Shown: positions 35,441-46,473, counted from the stretch's first letter. The stretch is 61,326 bases of DNA from an uncultured Candidatus Saccharibacteria bacterium (GCA_964577655.1 CAZNZR010000002.1:1-61326), one strand, 5' to 3'. Numbers and translations are program-made. The notes: generated from the letters alone by a model not told the origin.

Positions 35441-36562
35441 TTAATAATTATGAGATAATCCTATTTTTATTATTTCTTTTGCAATGAGCTCTGCGGCGCC
35501 GGATTTGAAGTTGTTGAGATTATTAAATCTCATTTTTTCATATCTGTCCTTATTTTCCAATATAGAATCTATTGCGTTCAAAAATATTCCCTTTTTAAAA
35601 TTCGCTTCTTCTATTACAATAGAGCACCCAGCTTTTTCAAAAGTATAAGCATTTAGCATTTGATGATTATTATTACTGAGAGTGATAGGTATTATAATAG
35701 TCGGTATACCCCAAGCAGACATTTCAAAAAGTGAAGATCCAGCTCTTGTCACACAGATATCTGCTACTTCATAATATTTTGAGAGATCATCAAAAGCAAA
35801 GTAATGATAATTTTCCTTATTAGGATTATCTTTCAAAATGATTTCAGAAGAAATCTTAACTTTATTAAAATTATTTTCTCCGACTTGATGAATTATATTG
35901 TATCTTTCTACAAGATCTGGAAGAGCTTCTAAAATCATATTATTAATGGTCTCACTTCCTTGAGATCCTCCTAAAATAAATATATTTTTTCGTCCATTAG
36001 AGCTAGTAGGATTATTAATTTTTTTTTCTAGCTTTTCTTTTGACGGTAAATATCCCTGCATTACAGGCTGACCTGTATATGCTGTTTTCTTGATATCAAA
36101 ATATTTGCCGGCATCTAGATAACTAACCGCAACTCTTTTGGCTATTTTACCAGCTATTAGATTAGTCTTGCCAGGAGCCGAATCGCTCTCGTGAATAAAA
36201 ATAGGAATAGATAATATTTTAGCAGCAAAGATTACAGGTAAACTAGAATATCCTCCTTTAGCAAATACCACATCTGGATAAATAGAGAAAAGTTTATATA
36301 GTGCAACAAAAAAACCAAAAAAGGATTTAATAGGATCTAGTATATTCTCTAAAGAGAAATAAAGTCTCATTTTACCAGCAGGAATATGAACATACTTAAT
36401 ATTTTTAGAATCTAAAAGAGAAGAATTATATTCTTTGTCTGAAAAGAAAAAAATTTCTGAATCAATTATTTGTTCTTTTTGCGTCTCTCTTTCTATTCTC
36501 TCAGCTACCGCTATTAATGGATAAAAATGACCTCCTCCTGCACCAGTTAATACTATTTTCAT
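35441..36562 (-). CDS. murG: UDP-N-acetylglucosamine--LPS/lipid I N-acetylglucosamine transferase MurG
   Basis: 'TGAGGGHFYPLIAVAE', 'ILGGSQGS' and 'VTRAGSSLFEMSAWGIPTIIIP'. Confidence 0.9.
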   Translation of the reverse strand: MKIVLTGAGGGHFYPLIAVAERIERETQKEQIIDSEIFFFSDKEYNSSLLDSKNIKYVHIPAGKMRLYFSLENILDPIKSFFGFFVALYKLFSIYPDVVFAKGGYSSLPVIFAAKILSIPIFIHESDSAPGKTNLIAGKIAKRVAVSYLDAGKYFDIKKTAYTGQPVMQGYLPSKEKLEKKINNPTSSNGRKNIFILGGSQGSETINNMILEALPDLVERYNIIHQVGENNFNKVKISSEIILKDNPNKENYHYFAFDDLSKYYEVADICVTRAGSSLFEMSAWGIPTIIIPITLSNNNHQMLNAYTFEKAGCSIVIEEANFKKGIFLNAIDSILENKDRYEKMRFNNLNNFKSGAAELIAKEIIKIGLSHNY

Positions 36563-36614
36563 ATTTATTAATTATATCAAAATTCTTTTTTATTAAAAGA
36601 TTCCAAACCTCTTT

Positions 36615-37727
36615 TTAAATTGATGCTTGATATTTAGAAATATTAAGCAACACACCAAATTCAAACATTAAAAATACTAAAGACGTTCCCCCTTTTGACA
36701 CGAGTGGTAGTGGGACTCCTGTCAAAGGCGCTAAACCTATAGCCGAAGCTATATTAAGAACTATCTGAAAGAAAAATATTGAGATTATACCTATAACTAA
36801 ATATTTCCCAAAATTATCTGTTATTCTTCTAGCAATATATATACCCCTTAAAATAATAAAAATAAAAATAATTATTAATAATATAGCCCCAACAAATCCT
36901 GTCTCTTCCGCATATACAGCAAATATAGAATCTGATATCTGCTCTGGAAGATAATTAAATTTTTGAATAGACTGCCCTATTCCCCTACCAAAAACCTCTC
37001 CTGAGCCTACTGCGATCAAAGATTGATTCAGTTGATATCCGGCACCTAAGGACTCTCTTTCTGGATTAATAAAAGTTAAAACTCTTTCTTTCATATATGG
37101 TCTTGCTTCTATCAAAATAAAAAACAAAAGAAATCCTGTCAAAATTAAAATTAAAATATCTCTCCATTTAGCTCCACCCACGAAATATACAATAAAAGAT
37201 GGAAACAAAATTATCATTAAAGTCCCAAAATCTGGTTGAAGTAAGAGAGCGGCAGAAACCAAAATTACAAAGACAAGAAAAGGTAAAAGCCCCACTCTAA
37301 AATCTGTAAAATATTTTTGATACTTGGCACAAAAAAAAGAGATAAGTACTATACTTCCAAATTTTAGTAATTCACTTGGCTGTATAGAAAAAGAAAAAAT
37401 ATTTATCCACCGATGAGCTCCTCCATGATAAAAATTAAGAGCTGGAACAAATACTAAAAGTGTCACAAGAAAAGTAAAGATAAATATTAGGATAGAAAAT
37501 CTTTTATAATATTTATAATTTATTTTCGTCCCAATAAATAAGGCAGCCATTCCTCCTATAAAAATATATAATAATTGAGATTTAATTATTGTATAAAATT
37601 TTAATTCATTATTAGCCAGAATACCTAAAGAGGCAGATAAAAATATCAAAGCTCCAATGACTAATAAAATTATTATTGAAATCAATAAGACCTTATCCAC
37701 ATTTAAATTATAAATTATCTTCTTCAT
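36615..37727 (-). CDS. ftsW: SEDS-family peptidoglycan glycosyltransferase FtsW/RodA
   Basis: Ten-TM profile, 'QPSELLKF', 'LQPDFGT', and 'PLPLVSKGGTSL' at the C-terminus. Confidence 0.85.
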   Translation of the reverse strand: MKKIIYNLNVDKVLLISIIILLVIGALIFLSASLGILANNELKFYTIIKSQLLYIFIGGMAALFIGTKINYKYYKRFSILIFIFTFLVTLLVFVPALNFYHGGAHRWINIFSFSIQPSELLKFGSIVLISFFCAKYQKYFTDFRVGLLPFLVFVILVSAALLLQPDFGTLMIILFPSFIVYFVGGAKWRDILILILTGFLLFFILIEARPYMKERVLTFINPERESLGAGYQLNQSLIAVGSGEVFGRGIGQSIQKFNYLPEQISDSIFAVYAEETGFVGAILLIIIFIFIILRGIYIARRITDNFGKYLVIGIISIFFFQIVLNIASAIGLAPLTGVPLPLVSKGGTSLVFLMFEFGVLLNISKYQASI

Positions 37728-37734
37728 ACATGGA

Positions 37735-38838
37735 TTAAGAAATAATATAAAGAGCTATACCTAGCAAAGCAAACATGGCAGTAAATATCCAATATCTCAT
37801 AACTACTTTTTCTTTGGACCATCCGATGTAAACAAATGTGTTATGAATAGGGGCGACAGGAAAAAGCTTCTTTTTTCTTATCTTTTTAGAGAGAAGTTGC
37901 AAGATAGTAGTCAGCACAGTTAAGGTAAATGGTATTGCTATTATTAGAAGTAAAAGAGCTCCATTAGTAAACACAGCTATGATAGCTAATAATATAGCCA
38001 GAGGCATAAACCCAACCTCAGAGAGAAAAAATTTGGCTGGAGCGATATTGAACCAAAGAAAAGCTAAAGTAGCTCCTACGACTACAAAGCAAAGCGTAGC
38101 TATATCTACTTGATTATTTATAAGGGCTATTATTCCATAGCTAGAAAATATTATAGAAAAAAGTCCCCCAGAAAGCCCATCAAGACCATCTATATTAGAT
38201 GCTCCATAACAAGCTAAAAATAAAATAATAAAAAATAAAATAATATAAATCCCTAAATGAAAATCTCCCATAAATGGGATATGAATATAATCAAATCCCA
38301 ATTTAAAATAAAACCAAGCTCCAGATAAAATAGCAAATACAACAACAAAAAGTAGTCTCCATTTAAGTGGAATGCCAACTTCTTTATGCTTATCTACAAT
38401 ATTTAAATTACCTGTAGAGGCTAAATCGTCTAAAAGGCCAATTATGGAAGCAAGAATGAATATTGCTATAGGTAGCCAAGTCTGATTTCTAGAGACAAAA
38501 TTTAATTTATCAAAAATATTAAAATGAAAAATATTAGATAAAATAAAATAAAAGAAAATAGTAAGTAATGTTGACATCACAATCACAAGACCTCCCATTC
38601 TAGGAGTCTCTCTCTTTCCGTCTCCTAGTATAGAAGCAGTTATGGATGCTGCTTGTCCATCTATAGTAGTACTAATATTTTTTTTCTTCCACATCTTATA
38701 TTTATATAAATATCTAGATATAAAAGGTGTAATAAGGAGCCCTATAATAAAAGCGGTTATAGATGGCCATAATATTTTAAAAATAGAAAGAGTGGAAAAA
38801 GTAAGCCCAGAGGTTGTTGTTAATATGTTTTCAGTCAT
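37735..38838 (-). CDS. mraY: Phospho-N-acetylmuramoyl-pentapeptide transferase MraY
   Basis: 'TPRMGGL', 'GLLDDL', 'NIDGLDGL' and 'APIHN'. Confidence 0.9.
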   Translation of the reverse strand: MTENILTTTSGLTFSTLSIFKILWPSITAFIIGLLITPFISRYLYKYKMWKKKNISTTIDGQAASITASILGDGKRETPRMGGLVIVMSTLLTIFFYFILSNIFHFNIFDKLNFVSRNQTWLPIAIFILASIIGLLDDLASTGNLNIVDKHKEVGIPLKWRLLFVVVFAILSGAWFYFKLGFDYIHIPFMGDFHLGIYIILFFIILFLACYGASNIDGLDGLSGGLFSIIFSSYGIIALINNQVDIATLCFVVVGATLAFLWFNIAPAKFFLSEVGFMPLAILLAIIAVFTNGALLLLIIAIPFTLTVLTTILQLLSKKIRKKKLFPVAPIHNTFVYIGWSKEKVVMRYWIFTAMFALLGIALYIIS

Positions 38839-38933
38839 ATTTAATTAAAATTTATTAATTATGGATTAATAAATATAGTATATCATTTAAAAAATCCTTT
38901 TAAATGTTGACTGAATCAAGTATAACTTATATA

Positions 38934-39941
38934 TTAATTTAAATAATCTAAAGTCGCTCTATATAATTTATCAACATCTTGAAATCTACCATCAAAAGAT
39001 GAACCTAATACTACTATGACGACGGGATGATCCACTTCTGAATTAAAAATTATAGCTAAATTGCCACCCGCAGCTTCTGTAAAGCCTGTTTTTGAAGCTA
39101 AAAGGCCTACAGTATGCCCTGCACCCTTATTAGTATTAGGTATCTGGTATATTTTTTCTGAGTTAGATCTAAGGTCGACTTTTGAATTTATGGTATAAGA
39201 CATTATATCTGGTATAAGCTCATAGCTTTTTGCAAAAAGCTTAGCAAATTCTAACGCACTCCCCTTACCTCCTATAATATCACCATAATCAAGACCGGAA
39301 GCAGAATTGAAAATGAAATCTTTAAAACCAAGATTTCTAACATAATTATTCATTTCTTTAACAAAATCTTTATTAGTATAAGAAAGAGAAGACGCTACTA
39401 TATCCATAGACGAATTAGAAGATATGGTCAATCCGTATTTAAGCAATTCTCCCATTTTCCATCTTTGGCCTTCTTTCATGCCTATATCAAGATTTTCATC
39501 TTCTCTCATTAAGGATTTTTTTATTAGAATATCAGTATCATAATCTTGTAAATGTATGGCAGTAATAGCAGTTATCACTTTTGTTAGAGATGCTAGAGGT
39601 AAGATATCATTTTCATTTCTTGAGTAAATTATTTTATCTTCTTTAAAATCAAAAACTACAAAGCTTTTTGCTTTTATTTCTAAATCTTTAAAATTATTTT
39701 CTTTCTTTTCTAGAAGATTCCATTTTTTTTGTAAATTTAAAATACTTTTATGTATATTCTTATCAGATTCATTATTAATAGAAAATAAGTTATTTTTTTC
39801 TATAGATTTAGAGAAAATCTTAGGCGAGGAACTTAGAAAGTTAAGTAGGATAAAAAAACCAATTAATCCAATTAATGCAAAGGAATGCATGTGTTCATGC
39901 CGCGAAACATCTTTTTTTCTTTTTGTATTGTCTTGATTCAT
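38934..39941 (-). CDS. Serine-type D-Ala-D-Ala carboxypeptidase (S11, PBP5-like)
   Basis: SxxK 'ASLTKV', SxN 'SSNS' and KTG 'SKTGFT'. Confidence 0.8.
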   Translation of the reverse strand: MNQDNTKRKKDVSRHEHMHSFALIGLIGFFILLNFLSSSPKIFSKSIEKNNLFSINNESDKNIHKSILNLQKKWNLLEKKENNFKDLEIKAKSFVVFDFKEDKIIYSRNENDILPLASLTKVITAITAIHLQDYDTDILIKKSLMREDENLDIGMKEGQRWKMGELLKYGLTISSNSSMDIVASSLSYTNKDFVKEMNNYVRNLGFKDFIFNSASGLDYGDIIGGKGSALEFAKLFAKSYELIPDIMSYTINSKVDLRSNSEKIYQIPNTNKGAGHTVGLLASKTGFTEAAGGNLAIIFNSEVDHPVVIVVLGSSFDGRFQDVDKLYRATLDYLN

Positions 39942-39961
39942 AATTCTAGATTATTTTTGAT

Positions 39962-40513
39962 CTACTCTTCTTTTTCATCTCTTAAGACATCTCTTAATCT
40001 TTCAGTAAAGTCTTGATTTATTTTTTCATATTCCGGAAGATCTTTTATGTCATCTACACCTAATTTTTGCATTGCTTCAATAGATAAGCTGTATTTTTCT
40101 CCTTCTTTCTTTATTAATCCTCTTGCGGATAAAGAACGAATACTTTGACTTGATTGGACACCTCTTATAAAAGAGATTTCATTTTTTGTTGCTCTACCTA
40201 GATATGCACATATAGTGATCACCTGCAAAGCAGCCGGAGTTAATTCCCCCTCTAGTTCATCTTGACGGATATGTTTCACTATATTACTCATTTCATCTTT
40301 AATAGCAAGAATATATTCTTTACTATTAGCTGAATTAATTATAGTGAGTCCAATATCATTAAAAAAATTTTTAAGCTCTTCTATGGCTTGTAATATATTT
40401 TTTTCTTCCACATCTTGATTAGAAAGAAATTCCTTTATTTTATTAATAGCTATAGAATCATTATAAGCAAACAATATAGTAGCTATTTCTTTTTTAAGAT
40501 TACTCATTTCCAT
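39962..40513 (-). CDS. scpB: Segregation and condensation protein B
   Basis: 'LTPAALQVITICAYLGRATKNEISFIRGVQSSQSIRSLSARGLI'. Confidence 0.85.
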   Translation of the reverse strand: MEMSNLKKEIATILFAYNDSIAINKIKEFLSNQDVEEKNILQAIEELKNFFNDIGLTIINSANSKEYILAIKDEMSNIVKHIRQDELEGELTPAALQVITICAYLGRATKNEISFIRGVQSSQSIRSLSARGLIKKEGEKYSLSIEAMQKLGVDDIKDLPEYEKINQDFTERLRDVLRDEKEE

Positions 40514-40544
40514 TTTTTTATTATATCATGAAGAATAAGAATTA

Positions 40545-41312
40545 TTAATTTGATGAGCTTTTGGAGATGGCTATTTCATTATGATTTTCTCCTTGTTCTG
40601 CATTTAAAAGTCCATTCTTAATGAGTTCTAGCATCGCTAAAAACGCTACAACAAAAGCTGACTTTTTTTCTTCTAGATTTTTAGCGTCAAATCCAACACT
40701 ATTAGAAAAATCTTTAAAGGAAATATTGAAACTATTTTTTACTCTCTCTAATAAACTTTCTATAACATCTTCTATTTTAAGAACTTGGCGAACAGCAACT
40801 TGTTTTAATTTTTCTTTCTTTGGTATCTTAAGTAAAGAAGCTATAGCGATAGAATGTAAAAGTGTGACAGTTAATCTCTCGTCATAAACAAAAACAATAT
40901 CTTTATTTTTAAATCTAGGTAAAGAGTATAAAATATGCTTACCGTACACTTTGTGTATACCTTTTGAGGCATTAATCATAGATTTATACAATTCCAATTT
41001 TTGCTCTAAATTAGATATAGATTCTTTTTCTTCTTCTGTATATTCTAGATTTGGAAATAAAGATTTTGCTTTTATAAGCATTAGAGTGGAAGCTACTGAG
41101 ATGAATTTAGATATATCTATTATGTCCTTATGACCAGTATTCTCTAATTCTTTTATATAAGAAATATATTCATCAGTAATCTGAGATAGAGAGAATTCAT
41201 TTATAGATAATTTTCTAGCTTCTATCAATTCTATAAGCTTAAAATACGGACCAGAAAATCTTTCTAGATTTACATTAAAAATAGATTGCATGATACCTAG
41301 ATATTGTATCAC
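40545..41312 (-). CDS. scpA: Segregation and condensation protein A
   Basis: 'FSGPYFKLIELIEARKLSINEFSLSQITDEY'. The start may be a downstream Met. Confidence 0.85.
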   Translation of the reverse strand: MIQYLGIMQSIFNVNLERFSGPYFKLIELIEARKLSINEFSLSQITDEYISYIKELENTGHKDIIDISKFISVASTLMLIKAKSLFPNLEYTEEEKESISNLEQKLELYKSMINASKGIHKVYGKHILYSLPRFKNKDIVFVYDERLTVTLLHSIAIASLLKIPKKEKLKQVAVRQVLKIEDVIESLLERVKNSFNISFKDFSNSVGFDAKNLEEKKSAFVVAFLAMLELIKNGLLNAEQGENHNEIAISKSSSN

Positions 41313-41321
41313 AAAAATGTC

Positions 41322-42371
41322 TTAAAAATCGAGACCTGTATCTAATCTGACTTTCCTCATGACTTCTTCAGCTTTTTTATTTGCTTTTTTAGCACCAGAC
41401 TTCATTATAGAAAAAATTTCCTTTTTACCTTTTGCTGTCTTAGTGTAATAATCATATTTCTTTTGCATTTCTGCAAAATATTTTACGAAAGCATTATAAA
41501 GATCTTCTTTAGCCTCTTTATAGCTATAAGGAATTAGCTCACTATTTAAAAACTTTTCTCTCAATCTCTTATTCTCTACCTCATTTAGAAATAATTTATG
41601 AATATTATAAATATTATTTTCATCTGGATTCTTTTTTTCATTTGGCATCTTACTATCAGTCTTTATACTCATAATCTTTTTCTTTATTATCTCTAAAGAA
41701 CCAAATACTTCTATTTGATTATTTTTACTCTTAGCCATCTTATTACCATCTATCCCAAGAACAGTACCTGTATCCGCTTCTATATAAGCTTTAGGCATTT
41801 TAAAAGTATTTACTTTGTAGGCTCTATTATATTTACCCGCTATCTCTCTAGCGTATTCTAGATGTTGTTCTTGATCTTTACCTACCGGAACTATATCTGC
41901 ATTATAAATTAAAATGTCAGCCGCCATAAGGACAGGATAATCAAAAAGTCCAGCATTAATATCTTTAAGATTTTCAATATTCATTTGCTCTGTTTTTGAT
42001 TGTCCTGCTTTATCCTTAAAAGAATGAGCCAAAAAAAGCATAGGGATCGGTGTCACTGTATTCAAAATCCATCCAAGCTCAGCGACTTTTTCTATATCAC
42101 TCTGCTTAAAGATATGGACTTTTTCTTTTTTTATTCCACAAGCTAAATATGTCGCAACGGTATTAAAAGTACTATCTAATCTAGCAGCCTTATCTTTTAA
42201 AGTAGTCATAGAATGATAATCTGCAACAAAAATATATGACTCATATTGAGATGTGTTGATCAGATTGACTATTTGTCTTATCGCTCCAAAATAATTGCCT
42301 ATATGAATATTTCCACTTGACTGAATAGCGGAAACTAATATTTTTTTTGAATTTTTACTTTCTTTTTTCAT
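41322..42371 (-). CDS. trpS: Tryptophan--tRNA ligase
   Basis: 'SGNIHIGNYFG' (HIGH), 'VPVGKDQEQH' and 'KMAKS'. Confidence 0.95.
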   Translation of the reverse strand: MKKESKNSKKILVSAIQSSGNIHIGNYFGAIRQIVNLINTSQYESYIFVADYHSMTTLKDKAARLDSTFNTVATYLACGIKKEKVHIFKQSDIEKVAELGWILNTVTPIPMLFLAHSFKDKAGQSKTEQMNIENLKDINAGLFDYPVLMAADILIYNADIVPVGKDQEQHLEYAREIAGKYNRAYKVNTFKMPKAYIEADTGTVLGIDGNKMAKSKNNQIEVFGSLEIIKKKIMSIKTDSKMPNEKKNPDENNIYNIHKLFLNEVENKRLREKFLNSELIPYSYKEAKEDLYNAFVKYFAEMQKKYDYYTKTAKGKKEIFSIMKSGAKKANKKAEEVMRKVRLDTGLDF

Positions 42372-42373
42372 TT

Positions 42374-44752
42374 TTATTTTTTAGTTTTATCTTTTGTTGT
42401 TGTGTCTGCCACTGGGGTGGCTGTACCACCTTTGCTATTATTGTAGAATTTTCTTAAATCTATTATGCGTTGATCATTTGGTAAAATCTTCTCGAGGGCT
42501 GATATTATATTGTCTGCATTTGTATAATCTTTAGCTAATATATAAGTGACTGAAAGATAATAAGCAGCTGTAAGATTGTTTCTGTCAATATTAAGAACGC
42601 TCATAAAAGCTGTATATGCTTGATTTAATTCTTCTTGATTTAATTCTTTCTTATTTAAGATTAAAACTCCATATTGTAAATAAGCATCTACACTTTGTGG
42701 ATCAGCTTGTACTGCTTGCGCAGCATAATTAATAGCAGCGTCTCTATCATTAGCTTGCACAGCAAGTTGTGAAAATAGATAAAAAGCTGATGAGTAATTA
42801 GGCTTGATCTCTAAAGATTTTTTAATAGTCGCCGCAGTAGAATCTATGTTTTTACTGTAAGAATACTCTAGATTAGCTAAAGATAAATAAATAGAAGGAT
42901 TCTTTGGATAAAGACTGTAAGCTTTACCAAAAGCTTCTTTAGCATTATTATAATCTGTATCCCTATTTTCTTTATCAATAGTCATTAAGAATGAATAAAC
43001 ATTACCTAATGCAATGTAGTTATTATAATCTTTTATATCTAGATTTATAGCTGTTTTGGCAGAGGCTATAGCATTATTCATAGAATTCAAAACTTCTTTT
43101 TCTAAAGCTGTTGTATCTGTAGCTGCTTGATTATTAAGGATTTGTTGTGTCTTAAATACATAGAATTGGCTCAATAATCTATAATCAGAATCATCATTAG
43201 ATATTCTAGCGGCTTTCAGCAAACCATTTTCTAAATTGTTTATATTTGAATCTACTTGATAGGCTTTTATGGAATTAGCAGAGACAGAAGTAGCTCTAAC
43301 TCTATTTATTATCATAATAAATCCGATTAAGATTAATATAAATAATATCCCAAAAATAGCAAAGTAAATTTTAGATACTTTTACCTCTTTCCATTTTATA
43401 GTATGAGAAAGCACCAAACCCATTGTGATTGCTAAAAATATTAGTGTAGCTATAACATTAGCAAAGAAAAAGAATAAAGCCGCGGAGAAAATAAATGAAG
43501 CAGAAGAAGCTACAAGATAAAATCTATTTTCTTCGTCTAATTCTAGATAGGAATTAACCCCTGATGTCTTTTTTAATTTTTTCCAGATCGTAAATAATAC
43601 AGACAACACAATAAATCCAACCAATATAGCTCCGATTATACCGATTGTTGTGAAAAATGTAGTAAAAGTGGAATAAGAAGATGTAAAATCAGTCCCCCAA
43701 TAATTAGAATTGACTACTGATTGTGGTTTTTCTTTTTGCCAAACTTTATAAAAGTCTGACGGACCAGATCCAAACACTTTACCTTGCTTTAATTGAGACC
43801 ACCCCAGTCCCATACTTACATTGATTTTGGGCTTTATAAAATTATAACTAACTCCTGTGTATTTGCTAGTAAATGTGCCTAATTTAGTAACTATATTATT
43901 AGTAAAAGCGCTAGAAATAGAAAGAAATACAGTAAAAACAAGAGAAATTATAAAAATATAGAAAGAATATTGTTTATAAAATACTTTTTTCTCTAATTTG
44001 ACTTCTTCTGACTCTACTCTTTTATTCCTTGCGATTAAAAAAACAGCTAAAGAAGCTAAAAGTAAAGCGAGCCAAATATCTGGTATTAAGACTAAGATTA
44101 GTATTATAATGTGCAAACCAATTAATATTCCAGTTATGATTTTTTGCTTTTTAGAAAAAGCAATAGTCTCAAAATATACTAGAGCGATAACTACAAACAT
44201 ACCAGAAACAGCTGCCACAATATCCCAACTATCCACCAGAAAAACTATCTTATTGGCAAAATTAGACATTCCAAATTTAGAAAATAATATACCTAAGATA
44301 ACTGCTACTGTAACCAAAAGATTACCCAATACAAAAAGTATCCAAGATAATCTCTTGGAGATTTTAGAATAAGAAGATAAAAGGTAAGTCAAAAATATTA
44401 TAGATAAGAAAGCTATTCCGCTTTGCATAAAAAGATATTTTCCGAAAAGATTATCTCCTAAATTGCCAGAAAAAATACTTGAAAGTATTACTAGAGCAGG
44501 AAATCCTAAAAACATAATTCTAACTAATTTATTCTCTGGAATTAGAATCTCTTTCTTAAAGAAGAGAAACAGGATATAAAATATTAGAGACAATAAAGTT
44601 ACAAAAACTAAAACTAGAGCCTTACTTAAATCAGCCGTTAAAAGAGTTGATAGAAAAGGTATCTTTACAGAAAAGAAAAAAGAAAGACCGAATAAAGCTA
44701 ATAAAAACGAAATAAACACGAATATTTTGTGTGATGATATTTTTAATGACAT
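42374..44752 (-). CDS. Polytopic membrane protein (O-antigen-ligase-like) with C-terminal TPR repeats
   Basis: More than 10 TM helices followed by repeated 'A...Y..LG/A..Y' TPR-like units. Confidence 0.6.
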   Translation of the reverse strand: MSLKISSHKIFVFISFLLALFGLSFFFSVKIPFLSTLLTADLSKALVLVFVTLLSLIFYILFLFFKKEILIPENKLVRIMFLGFPALVILSSIFSGNLGDNLFGKYLFMQSGIAFLSIIFLTYLLSSYSKISKRLSWILFVLGNLLVTVAVILGILFSKFGMSNFANKIVFLVDSWDIVAAVSGMFVVIALVYFETIAFSKKQKIITGILIGLHIIILILVLIPDIWLALLLASLAVFLIARNKRVESEEVKLEKKVFYKQYSFYIFIISLVFTVFLSISSAFTNNIVTKLGTFTSKYTGVSYNFIKPKINVSMGLGWSQLKQGKVFGSGPSDFYKVWQKEKPQSVVNSNYWGTDFTSSYSTFTTFFTTIGIIGAILVGFIVLSVLFTIWKKLKKTSGVNSYLELDEENRFYLVASSASFIFSAALFFFFANVIATLIFLAITMGLVLSHTIKWKEVKVSKIYFAIFGILFILILIGFIMIINRVRATSVSANSIKAYQVDSNINNLENGLLKAARISNDDSDYRLLSQFYVFKTQQILNNQAATDTTALEKEVLNSMNNAIASAKTAINLDIKDYNNYIALGNVYSFLMTIDKENRDTDYNNAKEAFGKAYSLYPKNPSIYLSLANLEYSYSKNIDSTAATIKKSLEIKPNYSSAFYLFSQLAVQANDRDAAINYAAQAVQADPQSVDAYLQYGVLILNKKELNQEELNQAYTAFMSVLNIDRNNLTAAYYLSVTYILAKDYTNADNIISALEKILPNDQRIIDLRKFYNNSKGGTATPVADTTTKDKTKK
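42401..42433 (-). repeat. Possible mini-element copy in the C-terminal tail of the TPR membrane protein
   Basis: TGTGTCTGCCACTGGGGTGGCTGTACCACCTTT resembles the RF2 copy TGTGTCTCGCTGGAGCC... It encodes 'GGTATPVADTT'. Confidence 0.35.
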
Positions 44753-44838
44753 ATTAAATTATTAATAAAAATCCAATAAATTGACCCTTTTATCTTATAA
44801 AAGATCTAAATATATTATATCATAAGAAAAATGATATT

Positions 44839-45771
44839 TTATATATTTAAATATCTTCTCATAGCTAAAATAGAAGAAACTGATGATAAAATAAAGCTTA
44901 TTAATAATAATAAAATAAACAAGGAGAAAAAATTATCAAGATAATACCTATAAATACTAAGTCCGTCCAAAAATTGAGAAGTCTTTTGAGAGATATAATA
45001 TGTTATGGGGAAAAATAATATCATAGCTAAAATAGAAGATAAAATAGCATAAATAGAAGATTCTACTAAAAATGGTCCCCGTATATATGTATTAGAAGCA
45101 CCCACCAACTTCATAACTGCTATCTCATCTTTAAATATAAATATAGATAAACGAATAGTGTTAAAAATTATAAGAGAGCTCATCAATATGAATATAAGTG
45201 TTATCCAATAGCCGATAGTATTTACCCAATTAACCACATTATTTAATTTATCTATTGTTGGCTTTAATTCAAAATAATTTACATCATCTATTATAGAATA
45301 AGATTCTCCTAAAAATTCAGAACCAGCCTTGAGTGAAGCAGCAATGGATTCATAACTTTTTGTATCTTGAGCTACTACAGTGAGCATGGAACCAAAAGGA
45401 TTTTCTCCTACCTCTTCAAGAGCTGCTAATATTATCGCGTCATTCTCATGCTCTTCTTTGAATTTATTTAAAACTTCTTCTTTATTAGCATAGATTACCG
45501 ACTTTACTTCTGGCAAACTCATTAATTTATCTTTTATCAAAATAGCTTCTTCATCTGTGGTATTTAATTTAAAATACACCTTTATATCTACCTTACTTTC
45601 TATCTCATTAATAGTATAATCAAAAATCCCTCTAAAAAAGAAAAATATTCCAATAATAATAAGCGTCGTGGTGAGTATGGCTACAGAAGAAATAGATACT
45701 GTCTTATTTCTTAAAAAGTTAAGAGTTCCTGATTTTAATGTTCTTTTTATATATACTAATGTGTTATTCAT
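44839..45771 (-). CDS. ftsX: Cell division permease-like protein FtsX
   Basis: Topology of TM1, a periplasmic domain and 3 TM helices. It sits directly downstream of ftsE. Confidence 0.8.
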   Translation of the reverse strand: MNNTLVYIKRTLKSGTLNFLRNKTVSISSVAILTTTLIIIGIFFFFRGIFDYTINEIESKVDIKVYFKLNTTDEEAILIKDKLMSLPEVKSVIYANKEEVLNKFKEEHENDAIILAALEEVGENPFGSMLTVVAQDTKSYESIAASLKAGSEFLGESYSIIDDVNYFELKPTIDKLNNVVNWVNTIGYWITLIFILMSSLIIFNTIRLSIFIFKDEIAVMKLVGASNTYIRGPFLVESSIYAILSSILAMILFFPITYYISQKTSQFLDGLSIYRYYLDNFFSLFILLLLISFILSSVSSILAMRRYLNI

Positions 45772-45780
45772 AATTTTATT

Positions 45781-46473
45781 TTATACAGTATATTTACCAA
45801 CTCTTTCGTCTTTTAAGATTTTACCATCTTCCATAGTTATAACTCTTTTCTTTAAATGATCGATAATGCCCTTATTGTGTGTAGTCAAGATCACTGTAGT
45901 ACCTAAATCATTAATCTTTTTAAGAATCTGAATAATATCATAAGTATTCACCGGATCTAGATTACCTGTTGGTTCATCAGCAATTATTATTTCCGGTCTA
46001 TTAACTAAGGCTCTTGCTATAGCCACTCTTTGCTTTTCTCCACCAGACAATTGATTAGGAAAATGGAAAATTTTATTTCCTAAATCTACCAATTCTAATA
46101 CATGAGGCACATCTTTTTCTATATCCTCATCTGTCTTACCTGCAGCTTCCATCGCAAAAGCGATGTTTTCAAATACTGTTTTATTCATGAGTAATCTATA
46201 ATCTTGAAATACAATACCTATTTTTCTTCTAAAATTAACAAGGTCTCTTCCTTTTAATTTTTGAATCTGGCTAGAGTGAAAAGATATTTTACCACCCGTA
46301 GGCTTTTCTTCTGCTAATATCATTTTTATTAGAGTAGTCTTACCTGCTCCTGAATGACCCACAACGGAAACTAATTCCCCTTTTTCTATAGTCAAATTAA
46401 TATCATCCAAAACAATAGCTCCACCAGGATATTCTTTTCGTATATTTTCAAAATAAAGCATAGAAAATAGCAA
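45781..46473 (-). CDS. ftsE: Cell division ATP-binding protein FtsE
   Basis: 'GHSGAGKTT', 'LSGGEKQRVAIARAL' and 'IIADEPTGNLD'. The likely start is 'MLYFENI' at 46461. Confidence 0.9.
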   Translation of the reverse strand: MLFSMLYFENIRKEYPGGAIVLDDINLTIEKGELVSVVGHSGAGKTTLIKMILAEEKPTGGKISFHSSQIQKLKGRDLVNFRRKIGIVFQDYRLLMNKTVFENIAFAMEAAGKTDEDIEKDVPHVLELVDLGNKIFHFPNQLSGGEKQRVAIARALVNRPEIIIADEPTGNLDPVNTYDIIQILKKINDLGTTVILTTHNKGIIDHLKKRVITMEDGKILKDERVGKYTV

